DNA from: Klebsormidium nitens
Lineage: Eukaryota; Plantae; Klebsormidiophyceae
DNA length: 64,000 nt
Reading direction: 5' to 3'
Assembly (NCBI GenBank): GCA_000708835.1
Contig: DF237304.1
Span: 1-64,000, forward strand
Shown piece by piece: positions 22,201-34,600 of the stretch. Position 1 is the stretch's first letter; the number at the start of each line of letters is the position of its first letter. The translations under genes and the position numbers were made by a program. Below the pieces are notes generated by a model. That model saw nothing but the letters and a program-made list of their open reading frames with translations. It had not been told where the DNA came from and made no database searches.

Positions 22201-24418
22201 TACTGCTCAAAAACTGAGTGCTCTCTCTGCTGTGATAAATGGACGGCCCCCGGTGGTGTACTGCAATCACCGTATGTTGTCGTTTCATCACCAAAGAGAC
22301 AGCCGCGATTGACCGATTGCTGCGGCATGCGGCAGTTCTCTGCCATCGGATGAGCTTTTAAACAGCTATTGGCGGCTCTGCGTTGCAGGTTAGATGTGTC
22401 GGAAAACGGGCTCCCAGCTGTCGTACGATTGGCGAACGGAGACATGCGGAAAGCTCTGAACATCCTGCAAGTGAGAAGTCCGACTTTTCTCTGCCTTTCG
22501 AGGCCTTCGAACAAACGTCGTCATAGCGAATCCCTCTGCTTCGTTTGCCATTGGTATTTCTGCTAATGGAGCTTCGGTATGCCACATCTCTATGATTGTC
22601 CGTTTCGATGCACGACGTCACAGTCTAATTCAACTCTAAACGCAATCCAACGAAATGCAGATTCTGCCATAAAGAGGCAAACGAGTTCCTGTCCTGCAGG
22701 TCAACCGTTGCTGGATATGTAGATGCTAGAACGAGTATCCCTCTGTCCGCCTCCTTTGATTGTCCTTCGCTCTTTCTTTTTGAGTTCCGGTTCTTTTGCT
22801 TCCTGTTCCAGTTAGGTTCTGCTCACTTTCTCGGATTACCTTTGCTCACGCGTGCGCATGTTCTGGTAAGAGCAGTTGCGGTACTGCGTTTGGAAACGTT
22901 TGAGTCGATTAGAAGGCTACGAACTTTGAAAGCAAGTTTTGGCGCGAGCAATGACACCTGTTACGGCAGGCCAAATCTTTGGAGAATCCTCACGACGCTG
23001 CCTATCTGCACAGTTCGAAAAGGGCAGATGGAGAGCTTAGTCCTTGAATGTTTTCCAATACCCTTCCAAAGTTTGCGTTTCCACAAATACTCTGTCTGTC
23101 CTAGGGGCTTCCATGCCCTCCGATCCCAGACATCGTCTCCTTTATTGACCCCCTTCTAATCTTGTTATATCTTATAGATTTTATACCTCTTTTCTATGTT
23201 ATGTTTTCTCATATATCTTTTGTATATAATTTTAATTGTGCTTTCTGTGCAGTCGACGCACATGTCGTCGCCCGTGATCGACGAGAAGGCCGTGTACCTG
23301 TGCACGGGCAACCCGCTCCCGTCCGACATCGAAAAGATTGCGCACTGGCTGCTGAACGAGCCGTTCACCGTCGCGCACGACCGCATTGCCGAGATGAAGA
23401 CGCTCAAGGGGCTCGCGCTCGTGGACATCGTGCGCGAGTTGCAGCCGTGAGTTCCTAAAAAGCACTAGTTTTGAACCTTCAACCTTAAAATCCTATAGAT
23501 CTCGGTATCAGCGTCCAAGCTTCTGATGTTAAGCAATCTAATGCTGTCAGGGCTGGCGCTGATTGACATCGGGTGGGAGTTGCAGCCGTGGATTTTCAAG
23601 AATCACCTTTGTTTGAAAGTCTAAGATGGTGGATTCGGCGGCTTTTGAAATGTTGCGAGCCTAGGACGCTCGCGGTGAGATTTAGAGCTTCTTAATGTTC
23701 GACGAAAATGCTCGAGGGGCTGGCGCTCGCGGGCCTGTGCAGGATCAGCTGTCAGTGGTCCATAAGGCAGTTCAATGTCGGTGTCAGACGCTATCAAACT
23801 TTTGCTATGTTGGCGAACGAACGCGCTGACAGTGCTGACGCTGATGGATTTTATGCGGGTGCTGCAGCGCTTATTTGGGGAATTGTGAGAGTTCCATTTC
23901 CTGCGCTCTAACTATTTGGTTTTCAATCTACTTTCGGGAGCGACTTTGGATTGATTTCCAAGTTGGTCCATATCCAGACAGCTGCTATGCTGGAAGTCAG
24001 CATGCTTCCACCTCTCGTTTCAAGTTGGCTAAATATTGTCAGGATTCGTTTCTCGTGCAGATGGATTTTTCGCATCAGCATGCCGGCAAGTACAAGGATC
24101 ATGGTAGTGGATGCACTCTCAAATATCGAGTGAGCTTCTTTCCTCGCTTTTCTTCTCTTTGCCATCCAAACCAGCTCACAGTGCAACCCTACGTCTAGAT
24201 CAGACGCTTTTCCTTGTGCTTCGCTTACTTGCTTTGCTGTGTCGTGACGGCCTCCAGTTTGTCATTGACTGCGCTTGACAACGCGCATCACAAATTTTGG
24301 CTTCTGTTGTCGTCTCAGGTATCGATTGGCGTTTGGGACGAGCGAAAAGCTGCAGCTCGGTGCTTTAGTAGGTGCTTTTACGAAGGCGCGAGTACAATTG
24401 ATTGCTGCCGCCGAGTAG
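19268..24418 (+). CDS. RFC5: Replication factor C small subunit (human RFC5 / yeast and Arabidopsis RFC3 orthology group); exons 19268-19475, 19992-20208, 21202-21275, 21686-21845, 22389-22470, 23253-23446, 24061-24129, 24319-24418
   Basis: [77 protein letters not shown]. Confidence 0.95.
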
Positions 24419-25141
24419 TGGCAGCAAGCAGGTCTGCTGGGGAAGACGCCTAGCAATGCTGACGCCATGCATCTGTCGCTATTCTAAAAGTCTGTTCGTG
24501 TACATAGTGCCGAAGTGTCCTTGTCCTTCAAGCGTACAGTTTGAAGTCATTGTGCGACTTGAAAGTAAAATGAATCTTGGCATGCCGCGCATCTACACTT
24601 AAGTGGGAGCTGGCAGGGACGTATGCATGCATGGTAAGCTTGAACGGGAGTAAGTAAACAGCATGATGATGTTGTTACTCTAAAGTCTCGCTTTGTACTC
24701 CACGCGTATGACGAGGATTCCGTGAGAGCAATCTGTTCCATGCAAACTCTAATGCATTTCTCCGGATGAAAACATGACCAATGTCCTGATTGCCAAGACC
24801 ATTGGACGATGACCGTTTGCATAACAGCCGTTTCCCACTGGCACGTACAAACTGCAGCCGAACTTGACAGAGAGATGCATGTTAGTCAGAGCTTGAGCGA
24901 TCGCTAAGCTATGGATGCTCTAAGCCGCTACAAATTTGGCGTGGAGGAGGATAACGTAAGGAGCGTACTAGCCGCGCACCGGCTAGCTCGCGGCCGCTAT
25001 CCTGGCGCGGCCGCGCTTCCGACGACTGCACTCCGCGCGCGCGCGCGGGGCCCCCCGGGTACGCGGGGGCGCGCCGGCGCATGGTCCAGCGTCGACGTGA
25101 CTGTTCGGTACGAAAACGGTTAACGGTGACCTGATCGCCAG

Positions 25142-25170
25142 GGCGCGGCTGCGCCAGACTCGCTACTAAT
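25142..25170 (+). mobile_element. Possible Helitron-like 3' terminus
   Basis: GC hairpin GGCGC-ggct-GCGCC, then 10 nt, then CTAA|T (CTRR|T), at the end of a GC-rich palindrome-laden intergenic stretch (about 24950-25170). No 5' end identified. Confidence 0.3.
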
Positions 25171-25692
25171 ATAGCTAAAACTGCTGTCTTCTCAGCTTGA
25201 GCTGAAGAACAGTTCTATGGCCCTTCTCTGTTTTTCAGCTGTATCGTCGCTTTAATACATGTAGGTGAGCTATACATGTTTTGAACGCAATAAAGGTATG
25301 AGCAGTGGCCGCCACGGCTGGGTGCTGCTGTAAAGCAAGGCGGATTCTAGAGGTAGCCCCATTGGCTGCATGTTATCGTAGATACAGCCATTTATTTTTA
25401 CATTCAGGTGAGAGCTCATAAGACTTCTCTTGAAGCTAGGCTAAGTAGGAGAAGCGTGCGCGGCTCCTTCAAGTTCTGGCGCGCCCAACGTGTCTGGATA
25501 TTCTTGCTGCATGTAGCTGCCAAAATTTCTGTAGATTAGTATTACTGTTCTCAAAGCTTGATCAGTGTTTGCCCCCGCAGCCCCCGGAAAGAACGACAAA
25601 TGAGAGCTCTCAATCCACTTGTGCAACAACAAAAGCTACATTTCCCTTTTCCTTGGAGGTCAATGCTGTTCATGTACTGATGTATCTGAGCC

Positions 25693-28600
25693 ATGGCGCC
25701 TTCACCCCAAATTTTCGGTGCTCAGGATGCTAATTTACCGGCAGCAAGCCTCTTGAAGCAGCTAAGCACAAGCCCCACCCGGAAATCAATGCCCCTGGGT
25801 AAGCTAACTCCCCCAAATTCTGAACTCCAGTTGCTTGTATCCAGAGAGCTGACTTTACCTGTGCTTCATATGATAAAAACATTGTTTACAAGTATTGACA
25901 AGTATATTCAATCACCCCAATACCTTACCGTTATGGCAAAATTTTGGTTTATCTCATCAGAGTGCTAGCAAAGCCCCTGCACGTGCAAGCATCTTGTCTA
26001 GAGCTTGTTTGGAGCTACATACAGAGTTCCGTGCCACTTAAAATAGCTGTGACGAATCCTGGAGCACAAGAACCTGGTGTTGGAGAAGAAATCCAAATGC
26101 AACTGAATGACAACCTTCTCCTCCAATGCACTGGAAAGGAAGTAGACAGACAGCAACATGGAGGTGTGACCTAAAGTAGCTGCACTTATAGTGTCAAAGT
26201 CACACCACCATTTCAAGAGGGTACAAGTGTATGATCCACTTCAGTGGATTCTGGCAGATACTAGAGTCTGCACCGGTCACTAGAGTCAGGTATTACAAGG
26301 AAGTCGAAATTGCTGAGGACTCCTTTTTGAGGCGGTGCAGGAACACCACTTAATTTCTTTGGGAATTTCCTCTCTAGAAGTATAAGGGGTAATCTACCTC
26401 AGTGGATTTGTTGCTACAGGTCTTAGAAAGGCGATGGTAGAGTCCACAGCGCCCGCGGCTCAATCAGACTATACCAAGAGTCGAGTTCTTTGGAGGCAGG
26501 CATGAGAGATCATCCATATACATGCATAACTCCAGGATCTCTCTGTTTATTCAGGTTCAACAAGACCGGTGACAGACTTGACAGCCGCCACAACTTCAGA
26601 TTACGCCAAAATGGTCAACTTCTTCGAAGACAATAGAAGAATAAAGACCAACAATGACGTGCATAAACCAAACTCTTTGTTTATACAGGTTCAACAAGAT
26701 CGATGGCAGACTCGACAGCCCCCACTGCTCAGATCAACTATGGCAAGATCGTCGAGTTCTTTGAGGACACGCGATGGGACCAATTGCACGAGCGCCGACT
26801 GGCGTCCCTCGCATTTGTCTGCAATGCGAATCAGCAAGGGTTCAGGATCAAGGACCTCCCGGCAATCAGGTCAATCCTAGCGAGGACATTAAAGTTGGTT
26901 AAGGGCCAAGATGGAGCTCAGTATTTGCAAGCTGCCTGCACTCTTGTGAGGTGAGTCCGCTCATGGTGCTCACGGCTGTGCTGGTTGCTTGCAAGACAAC
27001 CCGGTTGTCACCACCTGGCTGCGACAGTTACGCTTGTTATGACTGGGCGTTTACAAGTCGTCAATTTGGAAGTGATCCAAAGGGGGTGTTTCTACCAGGT
27101 GCTTCCTGAGTTGGCGACTCTGTGTACTCCATCCACAAACTAGTCTGGAAACGTTTGGAGCAACACGATGCGTGAATTCATTCTGAAACAAAATTAAGAA
27201 ACCGTCGGGAAATCCCTTTCGCCATCTCACCACGTTTCTAAACATTCATAATCTTCGAACGGACGATCAATGAGTCGAATCATTCCTGCAGGCTGTGCGG
27301 CCTTCCTTTTCAGAAATACAAGTCCACCGACGATGTCGACAGCACCCCGCTTATCACCCCACTTCTGAGCACCCTCAGCGGCATCCTCGACTCCGACTCC
27401 TGCACAAGTCTCAAGATCGAAGCCGCTCAGTCGCTGATCCACATTGGCAGTGGGTACGGTCAGAGACATTTAGAGCCAGACCCCAACAGCGAAGACCCTG
27501 CACTTCGAAAGTCTCTATCTCTTTCTACCGGGAGAACGCCACTCGCGCAAACCGCCAAAAGCTACAGAGGATCCAAGCCGTTGACTTCCGTCAAGCAGCC
27601 GCTTTCTCCGACTCTGAAGGGAACGCTCAAGAATAGTCTGAACGGGGGAAGTCTGCTCAGTCGGAATCAGAGTCTGCTGGCAGAGAGCGGAGCCGTTGAA
27701 GCGGCAGTGAGAGGCTTTGAGCGCAGCGCACGAACGGGAAAAAAGGACAGCGCAGGCCTGATCGGAGAGGCTTTGTTGGAGATGTCGTTTTCAACGGAGA
27801 ACGCAGAGAGGATGCACGCAGGTAGGCCCGGCATTCTGGTCGAAGGACACCTCCAAAATTCGGCCGCTTGTCTGATGCATACTGCACTTTGTCTTGGTAT
27901 GATAGCTGTTGCGGATCATCGCTGGTTCAACCAGCACAAGACCATCACAATCTGTGAGTAGGCACTCTGGTTTGGAGCCTATGTAAGTTACGGTCATGTG
28001 TGGAGGTCTTGAATGTAGCCATAGGTGTCCGTTTACTCGGCACTTCAGGCGGCTACGGGCTCCAATCCTACTAATATACGGTAGATAAAGTAAAGACGCG
28101 AGGAAAAACGAAGCTCTTAAACGGCAGGGAAGCACGCCGCCTGCATGCCTTTCCATCTCCATAACCCAGAAACACCTCGATTTTAGACTTACAATCACTC
28201 TTCTTCGACAACGCAGCTGGCATCCTCGAGCCAATCTCGCATGTCCTCGAAACGGCTCCCTTCGGGGCCGAGATAATTCACACTTGCGTTGAGCTCCTGT
28301 GGAACGTCCTCGAGCGGTGTCCATCCGCCCGGGAGCACCGGACGCTTCCGGAACCGGAACCGGAACCGGTCCCGGACGCAACTAGAAGTGACGAAAATTC
28401 TGAAGAGGAAGACGAAGAGGACGAAGAAGAAGGGGAGGAAATGGGGGCAGGTGTGAGCGGACCGGAGAACACGGAAGCGGGATCGGAAACGTGCGGAGAC
28501 GGAGACGGAGACGGAAATGGGGAGAGTTGCTGGCAAGAAGGGGCGCGCGCGCTTGACTATGCAGAAGCGGGCGTGTCAGGAGGGCAAGGAGAGGGTTTCG

Positions 28601-31600
28601 AAGGCGGGGCGGAAAAGGGAGAGATAGAGGAAGAAAGCGGTTTCGAAGCGGCTCGCACTGAGGGAGGATCTGGGAGAGACACCGGTTCTGGCTTTCGGCA
28701 TTCGCAAGGAGATGCAGCGGCTTCGACGGACCCTTCCGAAGGAGAAATCGAGTCAGCAGAGCCTGCCGAAAGTCGACGAGAGGAGAATGGCTCTGAAATG
28801 CAAGATGAGGTTGTTCACCAGTTTGAAACAGACGAGGCCATTCTTGAAGTGGTCGAAAGTATCGTCGAAAACGACGAAGCGACAGCGCCTTCGTTTGAGG
28901 ACTCAAGAAGCGATCGACCAGCGTCCAACGGCGAAGCTTCGAGCAGCGGGAGTGGAGCGCAGGCGAACGGAACCGGAATAGCGGACTCCGGTAGAAATAC
29001 GCCCCGGGAGCCGTTTACCACCGACACACTTGTCACTAGCTTGGCTGGGCTGATGAGACGGTGCATCGATCGGGGGTACAAAAAGGGCGACAAGGAGCTG
29101 CTGAACGACCTGCTGATTGTCGCCGGGATTCTAGGCGGGGACGCGGCTAACTTGCCAAGTTTTGCGGAGAGTGGACTGTTGAAGCTTTTGATCGCCGTGA
29201 GCTGTACGCCGGAACTAGTAGGGGGCGGCGGGGCGGGAGGCATTCTGCAGGTAAGGAAAGGGTCAGATTTTGCAACGTAGTCTTCCGCGTTTTTGAGGAC
29301 GAGTGATAGAAGCGGAAAGGTTGAAGTCGTACGTCAAAAAAGGCGTTAAGGATTACTAAGCTGCCGGATGTTGGGAGTCTCATGGTCCCAATACTAGAAG
29401 AAACGTGTTTCTACAGATGCGCCGTTACGGGAGAGCTCAACCGATATCCAAACCTTAACCCATGCAGAGGCAAGGAACGCTTTGTACTGATACACGTGAT
29501 GTAAGCGACGCTTGGTACCTGGTAAAGCTCGAGTCCAAGCTCAACTCAGTTCGCAAACGCACTCCTTTCAATGGGCTGAACCAACTCCATAACCACTCGT
29601 AAACCACTCCTTCACCCACTCCTTAACCCCGCAGGTTTTGGACGCCGAAGCGCTCGAGTCCAAGAAGCTGGCGTGGCCTCTCGTGGCCGCTTGCGCCCAC
29701 GACGAAACCTGCCGGGTTAGCGTAATTCAGTCGGGCTTCGTGATAACCCTCCTCGGTTACCTGCATCCGGGGCAAGAGGGGCTGCCCAAATGGACGGCCA
29801 GCCAACTGCACGAGCTGCAGAAACCGGTGAGATGTGGACACGTGTCAGAAGGTGCTCCTAACATGTATGGCTGGATCTTCTTAGAAGTACATGCTTTTTT
29901 CCCTTAAGCGTTGAGATGAGAGAAGAGACTCGAGAGTGGAATCTGGATGGAAGGAAAGGATGAAGAAGTTTAGGGAATCAGGTGACGTGTCAGCAAATAA
30001 ATAAGCGCTTTGGCTTGGGGATGGAGAGGGTGGGTCTACCCCAAAACGGCAGAAACAGCCAGGACAAGTCACGAATATTGCACCACAGCAACGGCCTTTC
30101 ACCCACTTCTCGTCGATAATCCTTGCCCTAACCACCATGGAGCAGTCCCCCCGGCAAGAAGCGCTAACTTACCGCCGCTCCGCAGGGGTGCTCCTGCCTT
30201 TCCGCCCTAATTCCGCTGTTCCCTGAGCGAATAGCGGAATGCAAGGGACCAGAAGTGCTCCTTCAGTTCCTGGTGGCCGCGTCCGACGACGCGCTCAAGC
30301 AGCTGGCCGCGCGCGCACTCCTCGCCTGCTGTGCTGACGTGGCGATGAAGGCAAGCGTTCTGCAGCTGGGAGCCATTGGAGTCGCACTCGGTGAGAGCGT
30401 CATCCTTACTTCAAACTCATTAGCTCTTTGCTGCAACATCGTCGTCCTTTCCTTTTTGGCGGTGTTGATCGCGTCCAAGCAATTCTGCATTCGACACCTA
30501 ATCAGCTGGATCTCTTGAAAAAGCGAGCTTTTTATGCAGGCGCTAATTTATGCTCGCCACCCTTTCACTATTTTACCAATACGCACCAATACCTTATTAA
30601 TAGTCCTTACAATCCTCGGAAAACACGCATCTGCCCCTGCTGATTTCCGATTATGCAAAGCCCTCAATCCAAGCCCATGAGGTCCGATAACCGATTGCCT
30701 AAAACATATGAAGCACGATTCTGAAGTTCATCTTCACTCCGGCACAGACGCGTTCCGAAGCCGCGGCGCGCCGGCCTCGCTCCGCCAGACCGCGCTGCAG
30801 ATCGCGTCGTCTCTCTGTGAGGGGAACGAGGAGGCGCAGAGGGAGTTCCGGAAAGAAGGGGGCATCCAGGCCCTCCATGCAGAGCTGCTGTAAGCATCGC
30901 TCCACCGTATCAAATACTCGTTTGAGACGATATCGTCCATCCCGATTCCGGTGCATTTCCGCCTTCCAATCAGAGCCTCTAGGATAGTCGTATAACGATA
31001 TACAATGGTATAATGGTACTATACCCATCCCCTGCCAATCATTTGGCGTTTGAACGGCTCATCCTGGGACGTCAGAACCTCCACGCATCCCAATCCCGTG
31101 ACAGCGAGGTTTACTTTCGTACACTTCTCCGCTTCCTCTTGCCTGCCCTGCGAGCGCTTGTGTACTTACGACTTTGCTCCCGTCTGCCAGCCTTGAAGTT
31201 TGACCCCCAGAATTTGACAGAACAATGTTGGCAATGTTTTCCCAGCAGTCCCGCGTTTCGTCACGGATCAGATACTGGATGCGCGGTAAGATCGTTACAT
31301 CTACAGCCTAGCTAGTCTCCATGTCTTGAATTTGTTTCCTACAAGATGTGCCTTTCTTCTGCAGGCAACAGATTGCGTCGGGCGGCCAGTCCCCGCGGGC
31401 CCTCCTGGCGACCGTTCTCCAGTGCGTCTGGCGCTGTGTCGCTCTGAACCAGATTAAAAGTGTAAACCCAAGGTTAACACGCAACCCCAAAGCAACCCTA
31501 CCCGTCTCCCGGCCAATGACCTAAGTCAACATACGGGCTGATAGAACTGAGACTGCAATCCTGCAGGCACCACATTGCATCCGCGGGGAAATCTCCAGGG

Positions 31601-34600
31601 CCCTCCAGGCGACCGTTCTCGAGTGCGTTTGGCTCTGTGTCGCCCTCAATCAAATTACATTCCTGAACCAAAGCCGAACAGCAGTCCCAAATCAACTCTA
31701 CCGTCTCTAAAGGAACGATCTAGATCAACAGAGCCATAACTCAACATAGATCACTATCTTGTAGGCACCACATTGCGTCCGGTGGCCAATCGCCGGGAGC
31801 CCTCACGGCGACCGTTCTCGAGTGCGTCTGGCGCTGTGTCGCCCTCAACCGGAAGAATCTCGCCCGATTCCTGGTTCTCGAGGGGCTCGGTTTGCTGCTC
31901 CAGCTGCTAGAAAGCTCGCGCCCGGAGATCTGGCCCGGGCTTCTCTCGTGCCTCGCTGACGTCACGGAGAACCCAAAGGTGAGTGGCTCGCTGACGTCAC
32001 GATGGTTTTTCCTGGTTTCTGGTTCTCGAGGGGCTTGATTTGCTGCTTCAACTGCTGAAGGGCTCGCGCTCTGAAATCTGGCCCGGGGTCCTCTCGTGCC
32101 TCGCTGACGTCACGGAGAATTCGAAGGTGAGTGACTCTGTGACGTCACAATGGGGATTGCCTAGTTTCTGGTTCTTGAGGGGCTCGGTTTGCTGCCCAAG
32201 CTGCTCGAGGGCTCGCTCCCAGAGATCTGGCCCGGGCTTATCTCGTGCCTCGCTGACGTCACCGGGAATCCGAAAGTGAGCGCTCACTCATGTCATGCTG
32301 GACGGAGCGGGGGACTTTCTGAATGTTTCTCGGGGGGTCTATCGCTGTGATGTTCGTCTACAGCGGAGCCTGGTGGGGTAAGGGTTTAATTGTTTGGCAT
32401 AGGTCTGGGGCTCCGGTGGAAGAGCTTCTACACAGATGATTTCGAGTCTTTGAAGCCGGAGACATCGTTGCGAATTTCTTGTGTTTCAGGGCATGTGGAA
32501 TGCGAGCTTTACAGAGAGAAGCATGCTAGTAGGTTCTTCGCGACGCATCAACCGTATTCTAAGCTCAAGCCACCTGCTTCTAGCGCGACCATAAAGCCCC
32601 GCTTAAACATTCAGCCTGCGATAACCATTTTGCATGGTTGGAATTGTATATAACCATTGGTTTCTTTGAAATCCTGAACCATTTTTGAAACTCAGGCGCA
32701 TCCGTTCTTCCACGAGTGGAGGTCCCCGACAAGTGGCGAATGTGGCGCCCAGATCGTCATCAAGGTCTGGGACCAAGCGAATGGAGGTCAGTGAAAACCA
32801 ACGCCTTCTTTTTCTCGAAAGCGTTAAGACCAGGTATCTTTAGACAAGACGGCCCAGTTTCTTATGTCTTCCAACAGGCGGCGTCGCGGAGGCCATTTTC
32901 CTGTGGTTGAAGCGGCGAAATTGACAGATACGCAATATAACGACAATTTCGTGCTAAGATATTGATAAGGACCGGACTTGTGGGGTGTGAGACTATCAAA
33001 GTTGTCTGATCCACTGTAATGTCACCGACTATACTCACTCTATACTTGCACGTTTGGGCGAGTGAACAAAATAGAACAATTCGAAAAATTCAGCGACAAT
33101 GCAAGTGGAACCGGAACCATTGTTCGACTGCTTGCAGGTACAAGCTCCTCCGAGGAGCTCGCCGGAATATCTCCCGTAACATCTCTGAAGGTGCGTTGCT
33201 CAGCCGAAACCTTGTGCCCTGCAGCTTTTCGCGGTCTTAAATCCACAAACACAGCTCGCAAGTTAGTTACTCTGGTCACATTCAAGACCCGCATCGATCA
33301 AGATGAGATCGACAATAGGTTCGAAGCTTTGAATCTGGTCTTGTCTGTCGGGGGCTCTGTTGCAAGATGCGGTGCGCTGCTTTCTGAGCGCGCGAGGTGC
33401 TAACGAAGGCCGAAGAGCTTCCTCAGACCTTCTGACGTAGTGCAATAACGTCGCCTGTTCGAGCTGACGTACGCACGGTTTAGGTTCAATTGTCGAATCA
33501 GTGAAAAGACATGAAGAACCATGGAGGAGGCGTGTCATTCTGAAAGTTCACGGTCAGATTATTCCGGGCCTTTTTGCAGGATACAATCTACGGCCTCTTC
33601 GCCAACCTGGTCTTTTCGACGTTCCCTTATTTGAGCCACTCCGACAAAGCCAAGCTCGTTGCGGTGAGAGATTTAGCCTACTGTCTGTGTATCTTGTCTA
33701 TGTTCGACGTAAGTAAGAATCAAGGCTATCGTGATTTGAAGAGTCTTTGCGCCGTTTGGATCAATTGACTTGTTCGCCGGAGATAAGGATAAGGTTATCA
33801 TTATTTGGAGAAGGCTTTTTGCATCGATTGGATTGATCGATCTGTGTCGAGACAACGTCGAAACAACGCGGGCTCATGAGAAAATCGGATCAGGAATAAT
33901 CTTCACTCTAGATCTGGCAATTCATGTATCCCCACGCCAAAATGTTCTTGAATCTCAAGATCTTCGGCAGTCGATGCTCTGCTCTGCTCGACTAATCTGT
34001 AAGGGGCGAAGTGTGCTGTCTGATTAAGAGATGCCGAAAGGGCAGAGTAGATAACAACCAAGCAGCAAAGACGCCTATAGTTGATGCAGCTTTGCAAAAG
34101 ATACCCAGACTTTTCACTCACCCCTAGTTGGAACTCCTTTGCAGATCGAGCAGCACATCCAGTTCCAGGAGGGCCGCGCCTGGGCTGACATCGAGCGCGC
34201 GCTCGCGGCCGCGGGCGTCGTCCCCGTGGAGGACGACGCGGCCATGCTCGCGCGCAGGCGGGCCGCGGTGGACGCGGCCGCGCGGCGCGTCGCGGAGGAG
34301 CGCGCGCGCGCGGACCAGCTCGCCAGTCAGGTGAGATTGGCGGCCGCCCCTGAGGAGAAGCTTTGCCGCTGACGAGGGCTCGACCGAGAGATGCATCGCA
34401 GTAGTTCTGAATGTCCCTGCGCCTATGTGCCTACTGGCGGATCAGAATCCGCACCTTTGAGCTTTCTGTTTGTCAGAATGACCAAAATGCAGACAGGTGG
34501 GGACGTACGAGGAACGATTTTTTTCTGGATCTGCTAGAGATGTACTCCAAGGAGTGCACTCCATTGGGTCACATTTTTCCACTTTTGATTGCCTCGACGA

